Below are positions 36,625 through 50,424 of a DNA stretch of 64,000 bases, piece after piece. A program made the position numbers and the translations under genes. The DNA comes from Mustelus asterias (Eukaryota): contig NW_027590117.1 of assembly GCF_964213995.1 (NCBI RefSeq), forward strand, positions 2,480,001 through 2,544,000, in the 5' to 3' direction. Below the pieces are notes generated by a model. The model searched no databases and was not told where the DNA came from. It was given only the letters and a program-made list of their open reading frames with translations. How positions within the stretch are numbered: the first letter of the stretch is position 1; every line of letters begins with the position of its first letter.

Positions 36625-39345
36625 ATGATTTGATTTATTATTTTCACGTGTATGAGTATATAGTGAAAATTACTGTTTCTTGCGCGCTATATAGACTAAG
36701 CATAACTTTCATAGAGAAGGAAAGGAGAGAGTGCAGAATGTAGTCATAGCTAGGGTGTAGAGAAAGATCAACTTAATGCAAGGTAGGTCCATTCAAAAGT
36801 CTGGCAGCAGCAGGGAAGAAACTGTTTTTGAGTCGGTTGGTACGTGACCTCAGACTTTTCTATCTTTTTCCCAACGGAAGAAGGTGGAAGCGATAATGTC
36901 TGGGGTGAGTGGGGTCCTGAATTCTGCTGGCTGGCAGCAGGAAGTGTATACAGAGTCAATGGATGGGAGGCTGGTTTGCGTGATGGATTGGGCTACATTC
37001 ACAACATTTTGTAGTTTCTTGCAGTCTTGGGCAGAGCAGGAGCCAAACCAGGTTGTGATACAGCCAGAAATAATGCTTTCAATGGTGCATCTCTAACAGT
37101 TGGTGAGAGTCGTAGCTGATGTGCTAAATTTCTTTAGTCTTCTGAGAAAGTAGAGGCGTTGCTGGGGCTTTCTTAACTATAGTGTCGGCATGAGGGGGAC
37201 CAGGACAGGTTGTTGGTGATCTGGACACCTAAAAACATGAAGCTCTTGACCATTTCTACTTCGTCCCCGTTAATGTAGACAGGGGCATGTTCTCTCTTAT
37301 GTTTCCTGAAGTAGATGACAATCTACTTCATTTTGTTGACATTGGGGGACAGATTATTGTCACCGCACCAGTTCACCAGATTCTCTATCTCGTTCCTGAA
37401 CTCTCTCATCATTGTTTGCGATCCGGCCCACTGCGGTGGGGTCGTCAGCAAACTTGAAAATCGAATTGGAGGGGAATTTGGCCACACAGTCACAGGTGTA
37501 TCAGGAGTATAGTAGGGGGCTGAGAACACAGCCTTGTGGGGCACCAGTGTTGGGGATGATCGTGAAGGAGGTGTTGTTCTTATCCTTTCTGATTGTGGTC
37601 TGTGGGTTAGGAAGTTCAGTATCCAGGCGCAGAGAGAGGAGCCGAGGTCCAGGCCACGGAGTTTGGAGATGAGTTTTGCAGGAATATTGGTGTTGAAGGC
37701 TGAGCTGTAGTCAATAAATAGAAGTCTGCTGTAAGTGTCTTTGTTATCGAGGTGTTCCAGGGCTGAGTGCAGGGGCAGGGAGATGCCGTCTGCTGTGTAC
37801 TGTTGCGCTGGTAGGCGAACTGTTGTGCATCCAGATAGTCTGGGAGGCTGGAATTGATTTGTGCCATGTCTAATCTTTCGATGCGCTTCCTAATGATGGA
37901 TGTCTGAGCCACTGGATAATGGTCATTGAGGCACGCTGCTTAGCTTTTCTTTGGCACTGGGATGATAGTCATCATCTTGAAGCAGGTAGGGACCTGAGAT
38001 TGTTGTAAAAAGAGGTTGAAGATGTCTGCGAATGCGCCCGCCAGCTGATCCATGCAGGATCTGAGTGCTTGTCCGGGTACCCCATCCGAGGCAGTCACTT
38101 TCCTTGGGTTGACCTCTGAGAAAGCTGCTCTGACATTTGCAATGGTGACCTCAGATACATAAGAACATAAGAAATAGGAGCAGGAGTAGGCCATCTAGCC
38201 CCTCGAGCCTGCCCCGCCATTCAATAAGATCATGGCTGATCTGACGTGGATCAGTACCACTTACCCGCCTGATCCCCATAACCCTTAATTCCCTTACCGA
38301 TCAGGAATCCATCCATCCGCGCTTTAAACATATTCAGCGAGGTAGCCTCCACCACCTCAGTGGGCAGAGAATTCCAGAGATTCACCACCCTCTGGGAGAA
38401 GAAGTTCCTCCTCAACTCTGTCTTAAACCGACCCCCCTTTATTTTGAGGCTGTGTCCTCTAGTTTTAACTTCCTTACTAAGTGGAAAGAATCTCTCCGCC
38501 TCCACCCTATCCAGCCCCCGCATTATCTTATAAGTCTCCATAAGATCCCCCCTCATCCTTCTAAACTCCAACGAGTACAAACCCAATCTCCTCAGCCTCT
38601 CCTCATAATCCAAACCCCTCATCTCCGGTATCAACCTGGTGAACCTTCTCTGCACTCCCTCCAATGCCAATATATCCTTCCTCATATAAGGGGACCAATA
38701 CTGCACACAGTATTCCAGCTGCGGCCTCACCAATGCCCTGTACAGGTGCATCAAGACATCCCTGCTTTTATATTCTATCCCCCTCGCGATATAGGCCAAC
38801 ATCCCATTTGCCTTCTTGATCACCTGTTGTACCTGCAGACTGGGCTTTTGCGTCTCATGCACAAGGACCCCCAGGTCCCTTTGCACGGTAGCATGTTTTA
38901 ATTTGTTTCCATTGAGATAGTAATCCCATTTGTTATTATTTCCTCCAAAGTGTATAACCTCGCATTTCTCAACGTTATACTCCATTTGCCATATCCTCGC
39001 CCACTCACTCAGCCTGTCCAAATCTCTCTGCAGATCTTCTCCGTCCTCCACACGATTCACTTTTCCACTTATCTTTGTGTCGTCTGCAAACTTCGTTACC
39101 CTACACTCCGTCCCCTCCTCCAGATCATCTATATAAATGGTAAACAGTTGCGGCCCGAGTACCGATCCCTGCGGCACGCCACTAGTTACCTTCCTCCAAC
39201 CGGAGGGTAACGAGTGGCGTGCCACTAGATACAGATTCATCTCAGGCTTCCAGGGTGGAGCGCGTGCTCTCACTGACCTCTTGCTCAGAGCAGGCACAGA
39301 ATGCATTGAGCTCATCAGGGAGGTGTGCGTTGGAGCCGGTGATTT
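36625..39345 (-). mobile_element. Rex1/Babar-type LINE (decayed), interrupted by CR1 at 38160-39226
   Basis: ORFs 37940 (DQLAGAFADIFNL..TIIPVPKK), 37616 (LDAQQFAY), 37323 (NLVNWCGDNNLS); resumes at 39227; antisense homolog of 40470-43668. Confidence 0.82.
38160..39202 (-). mobile_element. Young 5'-truncated CR1 LINE, TSD AGATACA
   Basis: Open RT frame (ORF 38251..39315); nearly identical to 60811-61860; agataca at 38153-38159 and 39227-39233. Confidence 0.93.
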
Positions 39346-39459
39346 TTTTTCTTTCTCTAGATATTCCTCTTTTCCACTTCTATAGAATGGTGCCCATCCC
39401 CCTGCCAGTTTAGTTCAAACCCTCCTCGTCCACATGAGTGACCCTCTCCATGAGGACAC

Positions 39460-40030
39460 AGGCATTGAGTACAGAATCATGCAAGTTATGCTGAGCCTTT
39501 AGAAAACTCTGATTGGATCACAGCTGAAGCATTGAGTCCAGTTCTGCTCAGCACACTTGAGGAAACATGTGACGGTGGTTCAGCGGGTGCAGGGGAGATT
39601 GACCAGAATGGTTTCAGCAATGAGGGGTTTTAGCCACAAAGTTAGGTTGCATAAGCTGGGGTTGATCTTTTTGGAGCAAAGCAGATTGAGAGAGCGATCT
39701 GATAGAGGTGGACAGGATTATGGCTGGTGTGGTTCAGGTAGACAAAGAAAAGCTGATCCCATTCACTGATAGTATAAGGACTGAGGGGCACAAGTTGAAG
39801 GCTTTGGAAGAGACACTGGGGGGGGGATGTGTGGAAGAACTTCTCATGCAGCGAGTGACAACCTGGAAGTTGCTGTCTCTGAGGTTGGAAGCCGAGATGA
39901 TGAATTATTTCAAAGAGGAATTTGGAGGGACATTTGAGGGAAATAAACTTGTCGGGCTATGGGGATAGAGCAGGAGAATGGGACTGACTGGATTACTCCA
40001 TGGAGAACCAGCATGGACTGGATGTGGCGA
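39460..40030 (+). mobile_element. Old CR1 3' fragment
   Basis: ORF 39557 VQRVQGRLTRMV; tail gcgaatggcctccttc. Confidence 0.7.
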
Positions 40031-40469
40031 ATGGCCTCCTTCCATACGGTAATGACTCTAATTCCAGTCTCCCCTGGTTTGCTGTGATTGGACAGTGAAG
40101 ATTGGAAGCAGAGGCAGACAGTCAGGATGTGGGGAGTTAGACAAAGAGCAGCTCTTGCAGGCACCAGGTGAGAACGAGGATGGACACATTTTAAACAGAG
40201 ACTGTTTGGTTTTGATTACTATCTGGTTAATCACACGGGAGCAATGAATGGAAATATGAACATTACAAATGTCCCTGCTCCATCCGGTTATCCCATTCAT
40301 GGAGCAGTGCAGGGTTTCAGTTCTATCTGAATGTCATTGAATTGTTGTAGCGCCTACCGCCACTGATCATGCATCTCGTACACAGACACTGAGGCCTGCA
40401 GTCAGACATTGACAATGTTTGTATCACTGGGGTTCCTTTGTGGATGTTCAATATGATTATATACTGAGA

Positions 40470-43400
40470 TTTATAAATTACTAAAACTGCTCTTTTAAAT
40501 TTATTTGCAAGACCAGAGATCCTCTGACCTCGGAAGGGAGACCCCGACCTGGCAGTGACCCGGAGAACCCGAACACGTGGACCCAGCCGTGACCCCAGAG
40601 ACCCCATCCACTAACCGGCCTTCAACCCGTCCACGCCGGAGTGTGGTGTGAACACCCTCCAAACTCAAACCGCAGCCCGACAGCGACCCGAAACTCCCGA
40701 CCGCTCAGACCCGACTGCCGACGCAGGAACCGTGACCATGGCAACAAATCCACCACCCACACACCAACCAAAGCGGAAACAGGATACAGCTACACCCTTG
40801 ATCCCACAGACTAAACACCGTCTCACAGGCACGACAGGAAGCAGCGACCCCAGGAAGCGTGGGAAACGCGCAGGCTTGCAGGTGAGACTGAAACAATGTG
40901 GTTCCAAGGCCCCCCTCCCCAGCTTACTCCTGGCAAATGTTCAATCTCTGGAAAACAATCTAGATGAACTTAAAACCAGACTCGCTTTTCAAAGGGAACT
41001 GAGAGACTGCTGTGTGCTCTGTTTCACGGAGACACAGATCACACCTCCTTCACCGGACAGTGCCCTACAACCTCAGGGCTTCTCCATCCACCGAATGGAC
41101 CGTACAGCGGCCTCAGATAAGGCTTGCGCAGGTGGCGTCTGCCTTCTAATCAACACCTCTTGGTGCTCCGGTGTCACAACACTGGCGAGTTTCTGCTCCT
41201 CGGACCTAGAATACCTGACGCTGAAATGCTGCCCCGACAACCTTCCACGGGAGTTCACCTCTGTTATCCTGACAGCAGTTCACATTCCACCCCAGGCAGA
41301 CATGAAGGTCGCGCTGGATGAAATATCTACCACCACAAACAGCCTTGAGACAAAATATCCCGAGGCCTTGTTCATCGAGGCCGGGGACTTCAACTAGGCC
41401 AATCTCAAGAGTGTCCTACCAAGGTACTACCAACATGTCACCTGTCCCACCAGAGGCCCAAACATCCTCGACCACTGTTACACAAAAATCAAACATGCCT
41501 ACCGTTCTTTCGCCCGCCCAAACTTTGGCAAATCAGATCACAAGGCTGTGCTCCTGCTCCCAGCTTACAAGCAAAAAACTGAAGCAGGAGAATCCGATTA
41601 AAGAAAGTCACGCATTGTTGGTCTGAGGAATCGGATGATCTCCTACGTGACTGCTTCGAGTCAATGCACTGGTCAATATTTAAAACTCAGCAAGCACCCT
41701 GAATGAGTACGTCACGACAGTAACTGACTTCCTTAGTAATTGCATAGAAGACTGAGCCAAAGAAGCAAATCCATGTTTTTCCCAACCGGAAAGCATGGAT
41801 GAACAGGGATATCCACTGCTTCCTGAAGTCCAGGTCTGAGGGGTTTCAGTCAGGGGACCCTGAACTGTAAAGAAATCCAGATGTGATCTACAGAGAACCA
41901 TCAAAGATGCCAAGTGCCAGTACCGGACCAGGCTAGAGTCCTAGGCTCGCCACATGGACTCCCACCGTTTATAGTAAGGTCTGAAAGACATAACAGGCTA
42001 CCAGATGAAGGCATGTCGAATTGCCAGCGACAATGCCCCTCTCCCTGATGAGCTCAATGCATTCTGTGTCTGTTTTGAGGGAGAGAGAGGATGCCCTCCA
42101 CTCTGAAAGCCTTGGCCGAACCTGTATCCGAGGTCACCATCACAGACTTCAGATCAGCCTTCTTGAACGTCAACCCGCAGAAAGCGAGTGGCCTGGATGG
42201 GGTACGGGGACAGGCACTCAGATCCTGCGTGGACCAGCTGGCAGGGGTATTCGCAGACATCTTTAACCTCTCCTTACACCAATCTGAGGTCCGTATCTGC
42301 TTCAAGGAGATGACATCATCCCTGTACCAAAGAAAAGCCAGGCGTCGTGCCTTCATGACTATTGCCTGGTAGCTCTGACATCCATCATTATGAAGTGCTT
42401 CGAAAGGTTAGTCATGGCACGGATCAACTCCAGCCTCTCAGATTGCCTGGATCCACTACAGTTCACCTACTGCCGCAACAGGTCCACAGTAGATGCCATC
42501 TCCCTGACTGTATACTCAACCCTGGAACACCTGGATAATAAAGACTCATGTCAGATTCCCATTTATTGATTACAGCTCAGCCTTCAGCACCATTATTCCT
42601 ACAAAACCCATCTTCAAACTCCATGGCTCGGGTTTGGCTCCTCCCTCTACGACTGGATCCTAGACTTCCTAACCCACAGACCGCAATTAGTAAAGATAAG
42701 CAACGACACCTCCTCCACGATTATCCTCAACACCAGTGCCCCACAAGGCTGTATCCTCAACCCCTGACGATGCTCCTTATACCCTTATGACTGTATGGCC
42801 AAATTCCACTTCAAATCTATTTTCAAGTTTGCTGATGATACCACCATAGTGGATCGGATCTCAAACAATGATGAGACGGACTACAGGAATGAGACAGAGA
42901 ATCTGGTAAATTAGTGTGACGGCAATAATCTCTCCCTCAATGTCAACCAGACAAAGGGGATTGTCATTAACTTCAGGAAGCATCGTGGAGGACATGCCCC
43001 TGTCTACATCAATGGGGATGAAATGGAAATTGTTGAGAGCTTCAGGTTTCTGGGTGTCGAGATCATCAATAACTTGTCCTGGTCCTTCCACCCTGACACT
43101 ATAGTTAAGTAAGACCTCTAATTTCTCAGGAGGCTAAGGAAATTCAGCATTTCCGCTATGACTCTCACCAGGTTTTACAGATGCACCATAGAAAATACCC
43201 TTTCCAGATGTATCGCAGCTTGGTATGGCTCCTGCTCTTACCAAGACCGCCTGAAACTACGAACAGTTCTTAAAGTAGCCCAGTCCATCACACAAACCAG
43301 CCTCCCATCCATTGACTCCGTCTGCACTTCCCATCACATCAGAAAAGCAGTCAGCATAATCAAACACCCCCACGCACCCCGGACATACTCTCTTCCACGT

Positions 43401-43668
43401 TCTTCCAACAGGAAAAAGATACAAACGTCTGAGATCATGTATCAACCAACTCAAGAACCGCATCTTCCCTGCTGCCATCAGACTTTTGAATGGACCTGCC
43501 TTATATTGATCTTTCGCTACAGACTAGTTATGAATGTAACACATTCTGCACTCTGTCATTTCTTTCTCCCCGTGTACTCTATGAATGGTATGCTTTGCTT
43601 GTATAGCGCACAAGAAAAAATACTTTTCACAGTATGCCAATACATGTGACAACAGTAAATCAAATTGA
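40470..43668 (+). mobile_element. Near full-length decayed Rex1/Babar-type LINE (endonuclease + RT)
   Basis: ORF 40648..41397 (KRGKRAG..LPSLLLANVQSLENNLDEL..CVLCFTET..AGDFN), later DQLAGVFADIFNLSL, KFADDTT, FYRCTIE; tail gtgacaacagtaaatcaaat; stops and frameshifts. Confidence 0.87.
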
Positions 43669-43789
43669 AAAAGGGCTGTGTATTATTCCCTCACCTGTAA
43701 TTGGGTTACAATGAGTAAATTATTCCTGACAGGCAAATCATTGAACCAATCAAGGTTAGTTTGAAGTTTCCTCACCTAAGTTGCAATGA

Positions 43790-44075
43790 ACAGTGCAGCG
43801 AGCTCCTCACACATAGTATGTCTGTTCTCTCTCACAGAGTGCATCAGTTCCACAGTCTCAGGCAGCAGAAATGGTTGCAGAGACACATTTTCAATCCAAC
43901 AATCAATCCGAGCAGGAGAGACAGACATTGTTTCCATGTCATCCCAAGTCAGTACCACTGACAGGGAGATACATAAATCCCAGTCCAAATTCTCACCCGC
44001 TATCAGATTGTCAGTGTGTCAGTCCTACAATATTGTAGCATTAGATGCAATTCAATTGAATACCAGATAGAAATA
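43790..44075 (+). repeat. Third copy of the tRNA-Leu flanking sequence lacking the tRNA and LINE tail
   Basis: catcagttccacagtctc..acattttcaatcca joined to gtaccactgacaggg..cataaatcccagtccaaa; compare 26690-26802 and 27008-27080. Confidence 0.75.
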
Positions 44076-44984
44076 AATGATTGTATAATCTGAGACACAC
44101 ACTGATTATTGTAATAAGGATACATATAAATTGGTACAAACTGAGATACAGATCACATACCTGACTTAAAGCCTCAGACGTGTAGGGCAGAAATTGTAAT
44201 AATTCTCAGTCAAACAGAGCTCAACATTCAAGTATTAAAGTTCTCCCAAACAGAGTGAATGATGAAGGCATCAATTTGATTATTAAAATGTGAATTACAC
44301 TTACCTTTACTTAACAATGGCGTGTTACATGAAAAGATGCATGATCCTCCACAATTGTGCTCACACAGAAAGTGATTTAATACAAGGCAAAAATTAGAAT
44401 TAAAAAAAAAACCTGCAGCATCAATGGCCTGTTTCTGCACTGAAATTTCAATGTGGAATGAATCCAGACTGTTAAACTGTCTCAGAGCCTGCGGTTATGT
44501 AATGAATCCCACACTGTCAGAGTAGCAGTGACTGACAGATTCAGAATCAGTCTCCAGCACATGTCCATTACCAGACACTGACAGACACAGACTGTTACTG
44601 AACTCACTGACAGCACCTGATCCTGAATGACACGAATCAGTCTGACACACATATATGGTACGACTGATAGAGTCCAGAAATCATCACAAACCCACACAGA
44701 CTGATGAATGTGCCCAGACTACACACCCCATATTAAAGAAAGGAAGTTACAGACCCACATTTTCTTACAGATTTTCCACATTACCATAGAGAATCACTGA
44801 ATTTTACTAAACTAATCCTACACTCATATCCAGCACAAGGTCCTGGCAAACACAGAATGAGTTCCATATTCGCATCCAGCACCAGTATCTGACATAGGTA
44901 ATCAACACAGTCAAACAGCCCTCTTCACCCCCACCCCCCCCCCCCCCCCACACACACACACACACACAGACTATTTGCACAACT

Positions 44985-45420
44985 GAAAGAAGCCACTTGC
45001 CCTGTCAAATCTGTACTGACTCTCCAAGTGAGTAACACACCTTGTTCCATCCGTCCACCTTCTCCCCACATCTCTGCACATTCTTCCTTTTCAGGCAATA
45101 ATCCAATTCTTTCTTGAATGCCTTGATTGAAGCTGCCTCTAGCGCACTGTCCGGCCCCACATCCCAGATCATAACCACTCGCTGCATGAAAAGGTTTCTC
45201 CTCATGAATCTATTCCTCCTTTTCCCAATTTCCTTAAATCTGTTCCCTCTGCTTCTCAATCCTTCCCACAATGGGAACAGTTTCTTCTCTATCTACTCTG
45301 TCCAGATTCCACCTTATTCTGAATATTGTTATTAAATCTCTTTTCAACCTTCTCAGCTCCAAGGAAAGTGGTTCCAACTTCACCAGTTTATCTCAGGAAC
45401 TGAAGCTCTTCATCCTTCAC
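44985..45420 (-). mobile_element. Old CR1 3' fragment
   Basis: ORF 45005 (SRGNRFK..RRNLFMQRVVMIW..AFKKELD). Confidence 0.7.
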
Positions 45421-46444
45421 AATGTGTCTCATTTACACATGCTCGAGGCTACACACATTCATATGGAGGGCCCTGTTCTCCACAGGCAAAAGGAACGTGT
45501 CCAGGCACTGTGCCTATGTTGAATTGAACAGAAGTATACAGGGCTAAGTTTTCTTTGTGCCCTCCCCATGACAACGTCTTGACCAATTAGAGTTCACTTG
45601 TCAACGATCAGCATCCTTTTTTTCCAGTACTTGTTCCTCCCTTTGACATTTGGCATTCTTGCATTTGTTCTTATGAATGCAAAATCAAAAGCTTCAACAG
45701 GCTGTCTCTTTGTTTGGCAGTTATAGAATGGGTAAAGCACATAAGGAGACCAGTCTGCCCATTGATCTGTACCTACTCTATTCAAAAGCAACTCAGCTAC
45801 TCCCACTCACCCATCACGTCCCTATAGCCTTGTTTTTATTTCTCTTTTCTGTTAATTTCTCCTTTTTCTGTGTCTCTCGTGCCCATCAAACTAAAATAAC
45901 CGATCCACACGGAAAGAATGTGTTCCCTTCATAAACACCAGTCATATCCCCTCAAAATCAATGCTTCGCAGGGTTCATTGTCTAAGGCAATGCTGCTGAC
46001 AGCTTGTTTCAAGAACAATATTGATAACTCGACATCAGCTTCATTCAGCAACACTGTTACAAAGCAGCTTTAATCAATCCTTTGTTGTATCTTAGGATCT
46101 ATCCCACTCCAGTCAGCTCCAATTCTCTTCTTCATTACCCTTTCCATTCTCAGATTTAGTTGTCCTGAGCTGTCTGGTCCCCAATCCAATTCTCCTATTG
46201 AAATATAAGTGTTTTCATTTGATTCAACTTCTGAAATGAGCAATTAACTAGTTTGGGTTCAGTTTCCTTCTTTTAATTCTGAGGAGCTGCTGTTGGTTTG
46301 CTTGGATTCAAAAATCATTTTCCAAGTTCAGGTTGTAAATCCTGGAAAAACATCCAGAGGGTCAGTGATCACTGGTGGCTGCAGGAGATGAGTTTTTTTA
46401 TTAATTCACAGGAAGTGGGCCCAGTTCTAATTGCACTCTCACAG

Positions 46445-46810
46445 ACACCACCATTAACTAACAGAATTAATCCCAATCTCTCATACAGCACCACTGACTG
46501 ACAGAATTAATCCCACTATCACACACAGCACCACCGACTGACAGAATTAATCGCACTCTCACACACAGCACCACCGACTGACAGAATTGATCCCACTCTC
46601 ACACACAGCACCACCGATTTACAGAATTAATCCCACTCTCTCACACAGCACCACCGACTGACAGAATTAATCCCAATGTCACACACAGTACCACCATGTG
46701 AAATTATGAATCCCACTCTCACATAGAGTATCACCAATTGACAGAATTAATCGCACTCTCACATAGAGTACCACCGACTGACAGATTGAATCCCACTCTC
46801 CCAGACAGCA
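46445..46810. repeat. 40-bp minisatellite, about 9 units
   Basis: Unit ACAGCACCACCGACTGACAGAATTAATCCCACTCTCACAC. Confidence 0.92.
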
Positions 46811-46879
46811 CAGAGGATAATCAGATGCAGAATTGGTTTGAAAGATTCCAAGGTACTGAGAATGCAAAAATAAATCGCA

Positions 46880-47170
46880 CAGACACCATCAGAGAGTGAG
46901 TAAATCTCACACTCACACTCAGTGTGTCAGAGAGTGACTAAATCCCACACATACACACTGTATCAGAGTGAGTAAATCCCCCACACACACTGTATCAGAG
47001 AGTACGTAAATCCCACACACACACACATACTATCAAAGAGTGAGTAAATCCCCCCCCCCCCCCCCCCCGCCACACACACACACACACACACCCACTGTAT
47101 CAGAGAGTGAGTAAATCCCACACTCTCACACTGTGTCAGAGAGTGAGTAAATCCCACACTCACACACATT
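46880..47170. repeat. ~32-40-bp tandem repeat with poly-C/(CA)n expansion
   Basis: Repeated cacactgtatcagagagtgagtaaatccca; inverted counterpart at 12805-12920. Confidence 0.8.
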
Positions 47171-47526
47171 CCCAGAGATTCACAGTTCCGGAAGGAACCC
47201 ACACTCCCCCACAGTTCCTCTGTGGAGACGGGTCCCTCACACCGACAGCCAGGCGACATTTCCCGGTGCATCTGAAAAACTGGTCCTGGAGAGATTCTTT
47301 GTCAAAGGTATTTCCTGATTGTAGCTTGTGATTGGCGGAAAGGCTTCAATCTGATTGGTCTACTTACATCTTCACTCAAATGAACCCCTGATAAGTGATG
47401 TGGCAACTTTCAAAATGTCCAATCACAATCATTGCTTTCCCAATTCCTCATTAGCATAGTTCTGTGGGACTGTCTATTTAATCAGCGCTCGGAAGGGGTT
47501 TACTTTATTTCTGTGCGAAATTGAAG

Positions 47527-47913
47527 ATGGCTGATGAGAAGAAACCAACATCGAAACCAGCTCCCAAGAAGGGAGCGAAGAAAGTGATTAAGAAACCGGG
47601 AACAAAGGGCGGCAAGAAGCGGCGAAAGTCGAGGAAGGAGAGTTACTCCATCTACATCTACAAAGTGATGAAGCAGGTTCACCCCGACACCGGCATCTCC
47701 TCCAAGGCCATGAGCATCATGAACTCGTTCGTGAACGATATTTTCGAGCGCATCGCGGGTGAGGCTTCCCGCCTGGCCCATTACAACAAGCGCAGCACCA
47801 TCAGCTCCCGGGAGATCCAGACCGCCGTGCGCCTGCTGCTGCCCGGGGAACTGGCCAAGCACGCCGTGTCGGAAGGGACAAAGGCGGTGACCAAGTACAC
47901 CAGCTCCAAGTAA
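47527..47913 (+). CDS. H2B: Histone H2B (replication-dependent), 128 aa
   Basis: [31 protein letters not shown]; ATTAGCAT 47450-47457; stem-loop GGCTCTTTTAAGAGCC 47950-47965; promoter and gene are an inverted duplicate of 11970-12900. Confidence 0.97.
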   Translation: MADEKKPTSKPAPKKGAKKVIKKPGTKGGKKRRKSRKESYSIYIYKVMKQVHPDTGISSKAMSIMNSFVNDIFERIAGEASRLAHYNKRSTISSREIQTAVRLLLPGELAKHAVSEGTKAVTKYTSSK

Positions 47914-48735
47914 AACTCGCCATGGACTGAAAAACATCCCAAACACAACGGCTCTTTTAAGAGCCACCCACAATCTCTGTGAAAAAGCTGTACCTGGCTC
48001 CTTCCTATTCGATGGTTAGAATGTAAAATAGAAAAACTTCCACTGCTGTTTGTGTCTCCTGTCCTGTAATCCAAACACTGACCCAGAATTCACTCATTGC
48101 CTTCGCTTTGTGCTGAAAGCTGTTATTATTCTGTTATTTTCACAGCTCCTAAATGACCTCATTAGCGGCTGTTTTTCGCGGTTAACGGTCCCTTCTCTCA
48201 ATTCCTGAAATGTTCATTGATTCATCATTTTATTCACAGTAATTCTCCGCAATGTAACAGTCCGGAGTGGGATTATTACAGAGCGGAATAAGGACAGTGT
48301 GAGGACTCGATCCGACTCCCTGTTTTCAGTGAAGGACACTGGGTTCTGATTGAAGACTAAACGGAGTGTTTTCCTTCTGGGAATGCTGTGAACAGGGATT
48401 GATTCCCGCCCGGGACAGTTAGAAAGCGATAGGAGAATGAAGCACATTGAAAGAAAATGTTAAAGTCGCGCCTGCGATTGGTGACGGGAAGAGCTGAATA
48501 AAAGCAAATCAATAGAAGGGATTTGAAATCTCTGACTAAGGACGACATTGATTTGAATTCGCTCCTTTCCCACAATGAAATTGGCGGGCTTTTGGAAATG
48601 GACAAATTCTCTGCTTCTGCCGGTTGTTGTGGGGAAATCCCGCCCTCTTCTGTTTCCAGTGAGCTGATTGGTGAAGAATATAGGCAAATGAGGTGAATAG
48701 AGCAGCGGCCAATCAGAGGAGCTGTCAGTTTATAA

Positions 48736-49185
<450 letters not shown>

Positions 49186-50424
49186 AGCGACCATTCTTTA
49201 ATCTGATAACCCAAAGGCTCTTTTCAGAGCCACTCACTTTATCTGAAAAAGGGCGACCTGGTGTCTATCGGTCAGATTCTGCACTGTTATTCACAGTACA
49301 GCTGTTTCCCACGTTGTCTTATCGATCCGAAGTGTTCTCTGTGCACGGAATTATTGACACAAACAGTATTTTGATGTTTGCAACTTGCTGCTATTTATTG
49401 GGGAAACTATCCCAGTGAACTGAAATGATCCTATTTCCAATATCATTTCTTTGAAATGTGAGTCTGTGATGCAACTGATAATTGCATTGTCTTTAATCAT
49501 GAATTTTCAGAGCCACTCACTTTATCTGAAAACAGGTTGAATTATTATCTGTCCTCATGTGCAAGTGTCTCTGCAATGACTATATCTGTGCGAGTGGGTT
49601 TCTGAGAGACACGTTTCATACTCTGAACCTCATTGACATCAATTCCGAGCTCAGCTGTGAATACCACTATTCATAGAGAAAGTATATTAGGGGAAGAAAG
49701 TCTAGTAATCTGATATGATCGCAGATCCAATCAAACCAAAAGAGACAATGCTTGAACATCTCAGCCGGTCTGGCAGCATCTGTAAGGCGAGAAAGGAGCT
49801 GACGTTTCGAGTCCAGATGACCCTTCGTCAAAGCAGATCCAATAAATTTGTTCTCAAATTGTCTGCGCTACAAATGTTAACCATGATGTGGAGTTGCCGG
49901 CGTTGGACTGGGATAGGCACAGTAAATAGTCTCACAACACCAGGTTAAAGTCCAACAGGTTTATTTGGTCGCAAATGCCATGGTTGCTGTGGCAGGGTTG
50001 TGTGGTGTCGTGGTCACTGTTCTGAAGGCTGGAGGCTGGGTAGTTAGCTGCGGACAATGGTCTGTTTGAGGTTGTGCGGTTGTTTGAAGGCAAGAAGTGG
50101 GGGTGTGGGGATGGCCTTGGCGAGATGTTCGTCTTCATCAATGACATGTTGAAGGCTGCGGAGGAGATGCCGTAGCTTCTCCGCTCCGGGGAAGTACTGA
50201 ACGATGAAGGGTACTCTGTCCACCGTGTCCCGTGTTTGTCTTCTGAGGAGGTCAGTGCGGTTTTTCGCTGTGACGCGTCGGAACCGTCGATCAATGAGTC
50301 GAGCGCCATATCCTGTTCTTATGAGGGCATCTTTCAGCGTCTGGAGGTGTCTGTTGCGATCCTCCTCATCCGAGCAGATCCTGTGTATATGGAGGGCTTG
50401 TCCGTAGGGGATGGCTTCTTTAAC

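Noticed and set aside
46445-46810. Regular repeat array superficially like CRISPR
   Set aside because: Contiguous 40-bp units with no unique spacers, no cas genes, vertebrate context; it is a minisatellite
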